Source: Lama guanicoe
Lineage: Eukaryota
DNA: 64,000 bases
Direction of reading: 5' to 3'
Assembly (NCBI GenBank): GCA_013239625.1
Contig: MU053881.1
Coordinates: 13,816,373 to 13,880,372 of the forward strand
The notes beneath the pieces are model-generated. The model was not told where the DNA came from and did no database searches. It saw nothing but the letters and a program-made list of their open reading frames with translations. The translations under genes were made by a program, and so were the position numbers. The stretch's first letter is position 1. Each line of letters starts with the position of its first letter. Positions 1 through 12,740 of the stretch are shown here, one piece after another.

Positions 1-1554
1 CCTCTGCTTCTTCATTTTGTGTATATCTCTCTGGCACTATGGATTATGTAGTATCAGCTACGTACTGTGGTCCTGAAGGGGTTTGCTTGTTTGTTTATCT
101 ATCTATCTAAAGTGGATGCAGAAATAAAACAAAAAATTTTAAAAGAAAAAGAGATTTGAAAACAGTATAAGTAACAGAAGAACAAGACAAAGAGAAATAA
201 AAATCAAATTGAGACAAATTTTTTAAAATTAATTTAAAAAATTTTAAAGAAAAATTTAAAAGGGTTAAAAAAAATTAAAAAAGAAAAAAAGGGAAAAAAA
301 GGTGGATGTGTTCCCGTGGAGACTATGCACTCTTAATAATTTTGTTGAGATATCCTCCATAAGTATGGGTGATGACCAAGTCTTCCTTCTGTGCCTTTTG
401 TCTGTTATTCCGTTGGTCAAGGGTGTGGCCGGTGTGGTGGTGGCCAGAGCCTGGCCTGGCTATTGAGCGGGGCCTCCTTTCTGTTCTGTGGTTGCCGCCG
501 CGCCTGCCCTCACCCTGCTGCGCGCACTCCGCTGCTGGTGCTAGAGGCCCCTCCGGTCAGTGCCGCTCCCGGTGCTGGCGGGGGGGGGGGGGGGGAGGGC
601 CGCGCCCGCTCCCGCTCCCCGCGCTGCGTCCTGGCGCCACGCGCTCGCCCGCTAGGTGGGCGGGTCACGCCCCCGTTCAGTGTTGCGCAGGGTCCACGCT
701 CGGTAGGCTGGCTCAGGGGTGATGGCGGGCAAGCCCTCGCCCCTGCTGTGTGTCAGAACTCCGCTCCCTGTTCGTTTGTCTCAGAGGCTTGAGTTCACAG
801 AGGCACCGGGGGAGGACGGTCTCCTCAGCCTGGAGACCTGTCTCAGTCCTGTCTGTGAGGTGGCGGAGCCCCCGCCCCCGCCCCCGCCTGGGAGCGGCGC
901 ACCGGGCAATATGGTAAATATGGCGGCGGCGGCTGCGCGCCGTCTTTCCACTCCTGAGAACACGCGCGCCGCCGGTCTGAGGAGACCAAGGCTACGGCGC
1001 CCCTCTCCACAGGGCACACCGGTAGTGTTGCTTTGCTTTTTCTTTTGTATTTTATGGGGTACCCAGGCTGTTCTGCTCTGTGTCCCCTCCCAGCCACGGG
1101 GCTGCCTCAGTGCAGCCACGCCCGCCCCGGGCAGCCCGCCCGGCCCCCAGCTGCCAGGCCGCGTCTCGGGCTGGGAGTTGCAGGCACCCTGTGTGCCCGT
1201 TTAACTTAGTTCTGTAGGTCAAGGGCTGCTCCATACAGATCCCCGCCTCGGAGGCTCCCCCTCTGTCCTGCTGGCCTCTCCGTGGGAGAGGGGAGACCCA
1301 GCAAATGAGCGCCAGTCCTCTGCCGCTCCCTCCCCGCGGGACCGGTCTTGCGCGATTTTCCTGTTTCTTCCTTCTTTTTTTTCCTTTTCTCCTACCAGAT
1401 CTGTGGCAAATTTGTCTTTTGAAGAAGGCGAGGTACTGTCCAAGTTCAGCAGGTGTTGAGTGGCTGGGTGGGTCCCTGGATGTCAGTCTTGGTGTATTTG
1501 TGGGAGAGGGCGAGCTCCGAGCGTCCTTCCCCTGCGCCATCTTGGCCCTTCCTC
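1..1554 (-). mobile_element. Young LINE-1, 5'UTR/promoter portion (continues off the left edge)
   Basis: Minus strand reads GGGCCAAGATGGCG from 1548 (L1 5' terminus with YY1 site), then about 1.1 kb with intact CpGs and a T-rich tract (A-rich on +, 120-300) as in laurasiatherian L1 5'UTRs. Confidence 0.88.
400..1548. promoter_or_regulatory. CpG island formed by the L1 internal promoter
   Basis: Very high GC and CpG density versus AT-rich flanks; GC boxes (e.g. 870-888); YY1 motifs at 1536-1543 (-) and 916-927 (+). Confidence 0.8.
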
Positions 1555-2054
1555 AGATAGGTTTTATATTTCAGTTATTTTTAAATTGTTTATTATGGAA
1601 ATTTCTAAACATACCCCAAAATAAAAGACATAAACCGCCTCATCAACCAGTTACCCAACTCTAATAACCATTAATATTTTTGCGTTCTTTTTCATCTAAT
1701 TCTCTTGAGTTTTTCCTGGAATATTTTATAGCAAATGTCCAACATACTATGGTTTAACTCCAGGATATTTTAACATGCATCTTTAAGACATTTTCTTACA
1801 GACAACAATGCCATCATCAACACAGAAAAACATCAACTCCCACTCTTTTGGTCTAATACCAGATCTGTATTCAAATATCTCTAATGAAATTTGTTTGCAC
1901 TTGGTTTGTTCAAATTAATATTTAAGCAGTGTCCATTCACCATATTAAGTTGCTAATACTTAAGTATTAATACTTAGGTTGTTAATAATGAAGTTGTTGT
2001 TTAAGTCTTTTTTAAGATAGACTAGTGCCCCCACTCCACTCAATTTTTAAAATT

Positions 2055-2135
2055 GGGGGGGGGGTTATTATTTATTTGTGTTTAGAGGAGGTACTGGGGA
2101 TTGAACCTATGGCCTCCTGCTTGGTAAGCCCACTC
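2055..2135 (-). mobile_element. Camelid tRNA-derived SINE (Vic-1-like), partial
   Basis: gaggaggtactggggattgaacc is the reverse complement of the B-box region GGTTCAATCCCCAGTACCTCC; similar to copies at 25.0 and 25.8 kb. Confidence 0.7.
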
Positions 2136-2709
2136 CCACTTTTTTATGCCGCTGGTTTGTTAACGAATCCAGATAAAATGGGCTGATCTTCATTTTGAAT
2201 TTGGAGGATTGTTTCTTTATGGTGTCATTGAACTTGCTTATCATGACTATTTTCTGTAGACTGGAATGTGGAGCAAAAACTCTTATCAAGTTCGGGAAGA
2301 ATTTGCATTTTTAAGAATTTATTGTGTTATATAAGGAGACGCATGTCTCACTTTTAGTGATACTACAATTTATCAGTGATTATAGGTAATGAGAGTCTGA
2401 TTCTCTCATATAAAGTCCCTCACTGAATTTCACCTAGTAGTTTACCATTATTTGATGGCCATTTACTTGAATCAGCTCTTTTATTATGGACTGCAAAATG
2501 GTAGCTTATCTAATTCTGCCATCTCTTGCATGTATTAGCTGAAATTCTTTATAAAAGAAATTTCTCTTATTTACCAGGGCTATTTAATTCCTCTGAGGTA
2601 GGGTTCAATAAACAAAAGCAAGATAAATATTTATTTCCTTTTAATTATCATTGTTCAGAGTAATGGTTAGTATCCTAGCATCTTTAGTGGGGCCCAGTGT
2701 CTTATATTT

Positions 2710-2732
2710 TGTGTGTGTGTGTGTGTGTGTGT
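2710..2732. repeat. (TG)n microsatellite
   Basis: Direct read. Confidence 0.95.
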
Positions 2733-3299
2733 CTATCTCCACATTTTGGGTGTATATATCCATGTCCCTTCCACCCCAAAAGATGGATAGATAGATATAA
2801 AATTATTAGATAACTGTCAGTATTTACATTTCTCCAATTCTCTCATAAATGATATTATGTTATGTGTGTTTACATTTTGTTTGAGTCAAGATCTAAATAA
2901 GTCCAATGCATTGAATTGCTTGATGTGTCTCCTCCTTTAATTTTGAGATTCCCTCTTCATCTCTTTCCTTTCTTTGCTATTTTTTAATTGCAGAAATTAG
3001 CTTTTACGTCCTATAGACTTTACCACAGCTTGGAGTTTGCTGTCTTGATTACTGTTAATCCGTTACAAAACAGAATTTCAACCATCATTCTTTCTAATGC
3101 TCAAGTTATTCCATCTTTAGCTAGTGGGAGAAAGAAATGGTGAAATTAATTCATTGCATTATTCCTTAGAATAGAAAAGTAAATAAAGTATTAAAATTAA
3201 AGGGAAACTAAGGGAATAAAGAGAATAAAAACACCAACTTATCAAACTATTAAAATAGAAAGAAAAATAGACCATACTAAAAGACTATATATTCTGATA

Positions 3300-3630
3300 A
3301 ATTATAACAAAAATTAAAAACCAAGAACAAATATTATATCACCTGTGTATAGTAAACGGGTTCACTATTTCATTAAAATAAAAACATTGGCCAACAAAGC
3401 GAAATACAATTCAATATTGGGTTGAAGATGCATAATTTAAAGGGAATCCCAAAGGCTAAAAACAAAAGGACAGCAAAGATACATGAAAGGAAAAGAGGAG
3501 TCGTTGTCTTGCTACAGAACAAGAACTAAAGCAGGCCAAAAATAAAATCAGGCAGAAAGAGTATCTTATAATCATGAAAGTCACAATATGCAGAAGATAC
3601 AGCAATTATTTAACAGTCCCATGAATACTT
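3300..3630 (+). mobile_element. Old L1 (L1M/L1ME) ORF2 endonuclease-region fragment
   Basis: A-rich degenerate sequence resembling the start of L1 ORF2; no open frame. Confidence 0.5.
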
Positions 3631-6089
3631 GAGTACAGGTGTCTTTGTAAACATAATCTTCATTTCTCTTCAGTTAGCACCTTGGGTAAAAAAACATTGT
3701 AAGAGTCTTTATCATCTTCTGTGGCTTAATGCCCATCCATTTTCAGCCATTACCTTTACAAATATTGTTGTTGTCTCTTCTCTCCTGGGCTGGTCACAGC
3801 ACATAAATGACCTTCTCTTAACCTCTTTTTAATTTTACTAATCTTTTGTTTCTGTGTTTCATTCTTCTTAATTCATTTATTTATTTTTACATCTCTTCTT
3901 GTGTATACTCATTTCTTTTTTGGTTGTCTTAATTCTGATTTTGACCTACCCTTTGAATCCTGCACTTCACATAATTTATTTTTTTAGTTCTTGAATTTTT
4001 ATGCTTTACAATTTCTAGTTCTCTGCAGAAGCTCAGTTTCCTTCTTTTTTGTTTTTTGTCTTTTTGTTTAGAAAGTATTATTACTTAAATGTCTGTATGA
4101 CAAGACTCCCATAAGCAGGCACTCTGTGCATCTCAGTTTTTCTGTCATGTCATTAATGTATGAAACACTAGTGTGCCTTGTTGTTTTATAATGCATGCTA
4201 GGCATTGTATTTGAGAAAGTACACGTACAAAAGGGTTGAGCTCTAGAAATATATATCTTCTTCTAGGAAGGACTTACATTTAGCCTATGAGAATGAATAC
4301 TCCCAAGATGCTGGGGGCATTGGCACCCTGGCCTCACCTCAATCTAATTTCAGGAGTTGAGATCATTCTGTTTTGAGCTACAGTATCAATCAAGGCTTTG
4401 TAATTCTTGAGTCTTCCGGACACCCCTACCCAAAGTGAGGGCTTCGTCATAGCTGTGTTGACACTTCGGAGGCTTTGGACTCCAAATCCTGTTCTCCTGA
4501 CCTGTTAGGCTATCAGGAAGCGTTTTTTTCAGGATCTCAGTGGCATCTCTGGAATCAGAAAAACAAACCAAACCAAATTTAAAAACAGCCTTTTTTTTTT
4601 AAAGCCTAATAATCAATAAACAAAAAAAAAAAGAGGAAGAACAGCTCAATACTAGACTGATTAATAGAAGAAACATGTTGGTAGCCAAAGGGTAACATGG
4701 TTAAAATAACACATTTGAAGTTCTTTTAATTGCTTAGCCCACGTGTATTTGGAGGTGTGCAAAGTATATCTGTTTGATTTTAGAATATTTTTTGTAAATG
4801 TGGCTTGATTTTGTCTTTCTCTTTCTAGACAAGTAAAATATTTACAGAATATTAGGGTTTGTTTTTTTTTGTTGTTTTTGTTTTTGTTTTTTTGTTTCCT
4901 GAGTGACATACTTTGCTGCTTACTCATTTGGAAACAAAGAGGCCCCCAAGGCCACCTGTGAAGGGTAATGATGAGTTACCCACTGTGTCCTGCTCCTCTA
5001 GGAGCTGCAAATTGGAGGCTGGGGAATACTGTAGGCAGCCACTAAAGGAGTTTTTATGTCTTAAGAGCCGGAGGAAAGTTCTGCAGGGAAATGTAACAGT
5101 TTACTCAAAATTTCAAAAATTCTTACTACAGATTATACTAAAGCACTATCAGTTTAAGAGTGCTCTTTTAACGTTTTCAGTAATTGATTGGAAGTCATTT
5201 CCTAGCAATGTGAGCGATGCAAAGGTCTGCTGTTGGATCTGCTGTCCCTGAATTCTGTCAAATGATAATACTCCTCATAAACTGTGATTTATGGCAAGGA
5301 GCCCCTTCCATGCCATCTGCTGCCACAAGAAAATAGCACAGGGTTCACAGAGCATCCAAAAGCCTCTCTGCTGAATATTTACGACATGATCCTGTGGGAA
5401 GCAGGGCGCAAAAAGCATCAGCCAGGCAGTGGCAGAGACAATAGCAAAGCAGGGTTCAAACAAGTGAGTCACTTTTGCTGTCATCAGGATCATCTCCAAA
5501 TGTCACAAGGATGTGCCATCTTCACTATTTCAGATCCTCATCATTTTAGGGGACCTGTTCTTTTTTTGGCTGTCCAATATTGGAAACTCCTTCCTGTGTT
5601 GTGGAAAATTTTCCATCTTACGAGCCTTTGTGGGCAAAGCAAGGCCTAGGTGAGGACTTCCCTAGGCCCTTGAAGCTTAGGCACAAGCACGATGTAGGTT
5701 TTGTTTGTCAACAGCAGTAAGCTGAAACAGAAACCAGTGACTCAAAGAAAGAGGGACAAGGGAGCAGGAGCAGTTATGGGTTTCCAGGGTCACCGGGGCA
5801 AAATTTACCGTCATCTCTGCTTTGTGGCTGCAGTGCAAGGCGTGATATCGCATGTCCACTGTGGTCCCCACCACCTGCTTCTGTAGCATTGCCTGTGATG
5901 TTAGTCACCTGGACTCAGGTGGTTCTTACCTGCTTTCAGAATCTGATTTTCTAGTCTTTCACCCTATGCCTTTATGAGCTACTAATAGTTTCAGTAAGTT
6001 CCTTTTCAGCTTAAATCAGCTGAAAGTATATTTTGTTTCTAATTGTGGCTCATGAGCAGTGCAGTCACCATCATCATTATCACCTTCCT

Positions 6090-6319
6090 CATCCTCAAAG
6101 GCTAAAGGTTACTGTTCACTTAAGATGTGCCAGGCCCTCTGCTATACTTCACGGGCATTATCTCAAACCCGTTTCTCAGCAAAAATGGCCTTTCAGCAGT
6201 TCTGAGATGTAGATACCATAATTCTCCTCATTTTACTTTTGACAAAACTGAAGCTCGAAGAAGTTAAGGAATTTGGCCAAAGTTAATCGTCATGAAAACT
6301 GAGATCTCAACTCAAGTCC
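6090..6319 (-). mobile_element. MIR SINE
   Basis: MIR core-like text ctcattttac...aaactgaagctc...gaagttaagg. Confidence 0.7.
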
Positions 6320-6924
6320 TTTTTTAAATTGAAGTACTGTCAGTTACAATGTGTCAATTTCTGGTGCACAGCATAATGTCCCAGTGATGCATATACATAC
6401 ATGTATTCATTTTCATATTCTTTTTCATTAAAGGTTATTACAACATATTGAATATAGTTCCGTGTGCTATACAACAGAAATTTGTTTTCTGTAATGTATT
6501 TTTATATGTAGTGGCTAATATTTGCAAGTTTCAAACTCCCAAATGTACCCCTTCCCCCCCAACCCCCCGTAACCATAAGATTGTTTACTTGTCTGTGAGT
6601 CTGTTTCTGCTTTGTAGATGAGTTCATGGTGTCTTTTTTTTTTTCTTTTTCTTTTTAGATTCTACATATGAGTGGTATCACATGGTATCTTTCTTTCTGT
6701 TTCTGGCTTACTTCACTTAGAATGATGATGTCTAGGTCCATCCACGTTGCTGCAAATGGCATTATTTTATTCTTTTTTATGGTAGACTAGTATTCCATTG
6801 TATAAATATACCACATCTTCTTTATCCAGTCATCTGTCAACTGACATTCAGGTTGCTTCCATGTCTTGGCTATTGTGTATAGTGCTGCTATGAACACTGA
6901 GGTGCATGTATCTTTTTAAATTAG
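6320..6924 (-). mobile_element. 5'-truncated camelid-type L1 3' end
   Basis: Poly-T then L1 3'UTR and ORF2 tail; probable TSD tcaactcaagtcc (6307-6319) / tcaactgaagtac (6925-6937). Confidence 0.88.
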
Positions 6925-7084
6925 TCAACTGAAGTACTGTTACTTCATATACTGTTTCTGTTAGTAGCAGTAGTACCACTCATGTTATTACTCTACTTCC
7001 TCACTCCTGAACAAACTTGATTCTTTCTAATCATTTTACCTTGTGCTGCCCTACTGCTGTCACAATGGTTCCAGTCCCTGTGAA

Positions 7085-7220
7085 ATAATCATGGAAGGTA
7101 TTATTAGCCTCATTTTACAGATGAGAAAACTTAAAAGATACCTGAATTGCTCAGGGTCACATGCAGTTATTAGGTGATGAAGGCTGAGAGGGAACCCAGA
7201 TCTTTGGACTCTAATGGGAT
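7085..7220 (-). mobile_element. MIR SINE
   Basis: ctcattttacagatgagaaaact core. Confidence 0.75.
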
Positions 7221-7779
7221 TCAATATTGATTACACTAGTAAAATCTGAAAATAATTTTGCTCCCATTTCTAGTCAGAAATCACTTTAATAATGGTAACT
7301 ACCATGTAAAACACAGAGAAATTAGGAGTCCTCTGTTTTTCAGTCATGTCTGTATCCCCAAAGGATCTGTGAGCCTAATAGGCTTTCATTAAATACTTTT
7401 TGGGGTAAAAAATTCAATCAAGTGATACCACATTCCTCAAGTTCAAAGACAGCATACTGTTGAAATTTGTAGATGTTTTTTCTTTTCAATATATGGAAGC
7501 TTGGCTTCCCTGAAAGTACCTCCTTTATTTTGTCCCCATTAGAAAGTAAAACTTAAGGCTAAAATGTAAACTCCTACAAAAGAAAATATAAAATATTAAG
7601 TTGTTAACAGAAAAAAAGAGAATGTATCCACAGGGCTAGGCTCATGCAAGCATTAATTTGTAATAGTGAAAGATTACAAATAACTTAAAATGTCTACATG
7701 AACCAGAATAATCTTGATTTTAATGCATTTTTAATATTCTGCATTTGCTATTGTTTATTAAAAGTATTACTTTGTTTAA

Positions 7780-9420
7780 ATAGCATTTAGAAGTCTTGCA
7801 TCCAAATCCATGTAATTACAGGCTCAGACCCTTAGAATAAGATTACATCCTCTCTGCATTGCCTCTCCTATCTTATTTCCTACAACTCTCCACCTAGTTC
7901 ACCTCATTCCAACCACACTGGCTTTCTCCATGTTCCTTGAATATGTCAGTCTGGCTTCTGCCTCAGGGTCTTTGCACTTTCTCTTTGCTCTGCTTAGACA
8001 GTATTTCCCCTAATATCCATATGACTAGTTCCCTCACTTCACTGATGCTTCCATTCAAATGGTTTTTTATTTCTTATTGAAATATAGTTGATACGTTAGT
8101 TTCAGCTATACTACATAATAATTTGATATTTGCATATATTACAAAATAATCACCATAAGTCAAGTAAATGTTATTACAATATTATTGACCATATTTTCAT
8201 GTTGTATATTACAGCCCCATGACTTATTTATCTTATTTCTTTATATAACTAGAAATTTTACCTCTTAATCACCTTCACCTATTTCACACCCAGCCAGCTC
8301 CCTCCCATCTGGCAACCACCCGTTTCTTCTCTGCATCTGAGTCTGTTTTCATTTGGTTTTATTAGTGTATTTTGTATTTTAGATTGCATATATAAGTGAG
8401 ATTGTGTGCCATTTGTCTTTCTGTCTGACTTATTTCACTTAGTGTGATACTCTGTAGATCCATCCATGCTGTCACAAATGCAAGATTTGATTTTTATGGC
8501 TAAGTGATATGCTTTAGTCTTTATCCATTCATCTATTGATGCTTCCATATCTTGACTGTTATAAATAATGCTGTGTTGAACATTGGAGTGCATGTATCTT
8601 TTCGAATTGGCATTTTTGTTTTCTTTGGGTAAATGCCCAAATGTGAAATTACTGGATCATACGGTAGTTCTGTTTTTAAGTTTTCGAGGACCCACCATTC
8701 TGTTTCCCGTAGTGGCTGCACCACTCTGCAGTCCCACCAACAGTACACGAGGGTTCCCTTTTCTCCACATCCTCACTGACACTTGTTATTTTTTGCCTTT
8801 TTGATGACAGCCATCCTGAAGGGTATGAGGTGTCTCATGGTGGTTCTGATTTGTGTTTCCCTAATAATTAGTGATGTTGAGCAGCTTTTCATTTGTCTGT
8901 TGGCCATTTGCATGTCTTCTTTGGAAAAAAAGTCTCTTTAAGTCCTAAGCCCATTTTTTAATTAGATTGTTTTGTTTTGTTTTGTTTTGATATTGAGTTG
9001 TATGAGTTCTTTCTGTATTTTGGATATTAACCTTTTATTCAGTATATCATTAGCAAATCTTGTCCCCCGTTCAGTAGGCCACCTTTTTGTTTTGTTAGTA
9101 GTTGCCTTTGCTGTGCAAAAACTTTCCAAGGTATATCCGAGAAGCATTCACTGATCTTCATTAGTTAGCATCCTTCTGTGTTCACTCTCTACCCTTCACC
9201 CTGCTTTCTTCTTCTTCATTGAACTTATGTTTGATATCATGTATATGTATATATAGAGATATATGTGCACACTGTGTTTAAAAGTGTATTGTTTTACTTT
9301 CCCACTAAAATACTAGCTTCAAAATCAAATTGTTTTGTTTGGGTCACTGCCAAATTCCCAATGACTAAATCAGTGCCAGACAAATAGTTATTGTCAACAA
9401 GTATTTGTTGAGTGAAAGAA
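7780..9420 (+). mobile_element. L2 LINE 3' part, interrupted by an L1
   Basis: L2-type text (cctcagggtctttgcact) at 7.8-8.06 kb, resuming at about 9150 and ending tatttgttgagtgaa. Confidence 0.7.
8062..9130 (-). mobile_element. L1 3' end (3'UTR plus ORF2 C-terminal region)
   Basis: Minus ORFs 8533-8748 (ELPYDPVISHLGIYPK...CTPMF) and 8962-9147 (LISKIQKELIQLN) match the L1 ORF2 C-terminus. Confidence 0.92.
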
Positions 9421-10349
9421 ATTTGTTTGCTCTCATGTGAGTGCACTGTTGAATTCCTGATTGAGTGTTTACTCTTGCCTTTTTGAAAAATCACCCTCTT
9501 TTCTTTGAATGGACGAGTCGAGCCCTGTTGGTCACTTTTAGCCTTTGTTTGCTCCACAGCAGGCATTGGTTCTATCCCTCATCTGTATTATGTTTGGATT
9601 CAGTGCTTCTTTTTAACACACCTGACACTAGGCTGGGATTTTTGGTCTTCTCCATAAATCACTTTGAATGTTAGCAAGTAGAATGCTGTGTATTTTTTAA
9701 ATGGACACTTTGTGAACCGTAGATGAAAATAGGTAGAAAGAAATCCAAAAAAAAAAAAAAAAAAAAGAAGGAAAGAGAGAGAGGAGAAAGAGAGAAAATC
9801 TGTAATCTGTAATACTGTTGGGTCATTTAGCCTGAAAGTGAAAGAAAAACAGTTAAATCTGTTGATTTCTTGTCCTCATTCCTATACTAGCAAGAAGGAA
9901 CCAGAGTAAGATTAGTGCTTCTCCTGGTTGTCTTCTCTAGAGATGACTCTCTTTATCCAAGAACTGGAAAAACCTGAAAGCTGAACCAAAACTAGTGCAA
10001 AACTAATCTTGAATAGGACTCATGTATAAGCCTATATATATTGTCTGAAAATGTGAAATTTCAAATTCCAAAACACAAGTTAATTTCACAAATTCAAATG
10101 AATTTCACTTAATTTCCTAATCTAAAATAAACATATGGGCCATCATTGCATATTAATGAGGTGAATAGATTTAAACAACAGCAAGAACAAAAAATAAGAA
10201 TATTGGATTTATAAGAAGACAAACCTGTTTGAGATACAGCTGCCATCCATATATTAGTTGTGTGACTTTGGGCAAGATTCCTGGCCTCAGTTCTCATAAA
10301 CGGCAGACTGCAAGCAAGAGACATGAAGTCACTATGGGAGAATCGGGTT

Positions 10350-11270
10350 ATGTTATTGTGATCTATAATAAATATATATTTGGTCTTTGTCCACTGTTTC
10401 TGACAGAGCTCAAAATAAATCTTGACATTTCCTAAGTGAGGAGAGCTAGCAAGGCGTCTTTCATTATGTTAATAAGGTGAGTTTTGGACCTCACCTACTG
10501 ATGGAGGCTGGTTGCCAGGAGAACCAGCCATGTGACTAGAGGATTAGAACCTTTAAACCTATCTGCTAACACACATACCTTTTAGGAGAAAAGAGAGACT
10601 AGAGTTTGAATCAATTGCCAATGACCAGTGATTATTCAACTGTGTCTGTGTAGCAAAGCCTCCGTAAAACCCCAAGAGGACAGGGTTTGGAGAGCTTCCA
10701 GGTTAGTAAGCATGTGGAGGTCTGGGGAGCGGGGCTCACAGAGCCCCGAGAGGACATGGAAGCTCTGTACGCCCTCCCACGTACCTTGCCGTCTGCCTCA
10801 GTTCCTTCTGGCTGTTCCTGATACATATCCTTTTGTAAGACACCAGTAATCTAGTAAGTAAAATGTTTCTCTGAGCTCTGTGAGCCACTCTAGCCAATTA
10901 ATCAAACCCAAGGTGGGGTCATGGGTGGCTCTGATCTATAGGCAATTAATTGGTCAGAAATACATGTTACAGTGGCATTGTGAGTTGGAGGGAATTACTA
11001 GAACCTCCAGTCTGTAGCCAGTTTGTCAGAAGCACAGGTAACAACCTGGGCTGTGACTGGTGTCTGAAGGGGTGGAGGGAAGGGGGATATTGGGGGAGGG
11101 GTCCAGTCTTATGGGACTGACCCCTTAAGCTGTGGTATCTGATGCTGTCTCTGGTAGTTACAGTCAGAACTGAGTTAAATTGTAGGATACCTAGCTGGTG
11201 TCCAGAGAATCACTTGTTGGTGGTTTTGCAGTGGGAACCCTCCCCACCCCAGGAGAATTGGATCAGAACC
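10350..11270 (+). mobile_element. MER21-like LTR
   Basis: Characteristic gggactgaccccttaagctgtggtatctgatgctgtctctggtag...agctggtgtccagagaat segment; inserted next to a MIR (10210-10340). Confidence 0.7.
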
Positions 11271-11639
11271 CTCATTAGTTATTTAGTGCCATGTGGTACC
11301 TCTTATGTGGTCCAAAGCATCTTTCTACTCAGTCATTTGACCTTCTTGCATGTAAACATGATACCTCAAATACTGAAGTCCTATGTAGCACCATATGTTT
11401 TTGTCTGCCTCATAAAAATGCTCATTATAAATTGTTTTTATGGCATAGATGTCAGTGACCTCCAGTCTTTTAAAAGCACTCTCCCTTTGGATTAGGAAAA
11501 GAATGTCATGCCCTCTACCATTGTTAGTGTTTTCAAAGTATGTTAAATATGGTGACTACTTCAATAATGAGGCATAACTTACTAGATAGATTACCGGCCT
11601 GTCTTCCTTCCCCACATTCATGCCATTTTTTTTCTTGTA

Positions 11640-12475
11640 TCAGTTTTAGTAAATTAGGATTTTTCTAAGAATGCCCTTTCATCTAAGTTTTCAAGTTCTT
11701 TATAATATCTCCTTTGGTTTCTTTTAATTTTCATATAATCTGCAGTGAGGTCCTCTTTTTTATTCTTGATGGTTATTGTGTGGTATGTATGCACCTAAAG
11801 GCTTACCAGTTTTATAACCTTTTCAAAGAACTAGTTTTTGGCTTTTTGACTCTTAATGTGGTTGTTTTCTGTTGAATTTCTGCTAATATTTATACATTGC
11901 CCTTATGATGGCCTTTGGGTTTAATTTTGATGTTATTTTTCTAAATTCGTAAGATGAATGCTTGGCTCAATAATTTCCAGTCTTTCTCTTTTGTCCAATA
12001 CACATTTAAAACTCTAATTTCTCTTTAAATGCTACATTAGTTGCATCCCACACACGTAATATATATTTTTATTAACACTCAGTTGAAAGCACTTTTCAAT
12101 TTCTACTAAAATTGAATATTTTACTCATAGATTATTTAGAAATTTATTTCTTGAGTTCTAAAAATATATGTATATTTTAAACTCATTTTCTAGTTATCAG
12201 CATATTGCATTGTATCCACTGCAATAATTTTAATCCTTTAAAGTGTTTTGTGACTTTTTATTTTGCCCACTACAGCAATATAATTTTTGTAAATGCCCCA
12301 TGTGTGCCTGAGAAGAATTATGTTCTGCATATTGGATGCAGTTTTATATATAAATACAGATATTTGCATATATATGAGGTCTATTTATATGTATAGATAG
12401 AGTGAGAATCAGATGTGTTGGTGTTCAGCTGTGCTGTATTTATTACTCATTTTTGTGTGGTTGTTCTCATAAATA
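11640..12475 (-). mobile_element. Old L1 ORF2 fragment
   Basis: T-rich degenerate antisense L1 sequence. Confidence 0.65.
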
Positions 12476-12479
12476 CAGA

Positions 12480-12740
12480 CCATTTAGTAAATATTTATTG
12501 AGTCTTACTATTAGGCACAATGTTAAGTATTTTGCGTGTGTCATTTGATTCAAAACTTACAATAACTCTATGAAATTAAAGGAAAGAAGCCAAGACTCTA
12601 AGAGGTTAAGTAATTGTCCGCAGCCCCACAGTTTAGGGAGTGAGATAGGGCGGGATGAGAGGGAAAGGGTGGGATAGGATGGGGTGGGTGATGCAAAACC
12701 AGTACTGGAATCCAGTTCTATTTTGCTCCAAACTCATACA
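12480..12740 (-). mobile_element. MIR SINE
   Basis: tatttattgag...ggcacaatgttaag...agaggttaagtaattgtcc. Confidence 0.7.

Noticed and set aside
369..1664. Cluster of overlapping 74-162 aa ORFs
   Set aside because: They lie in or overlap the GC-rich L1 5'UTR, where stops are rare; not host genes.
4913..5889. Group of 60-120 aa ORFs
   Set aside because: No protein-like features; the region probably includes old LTR-derived sequence.
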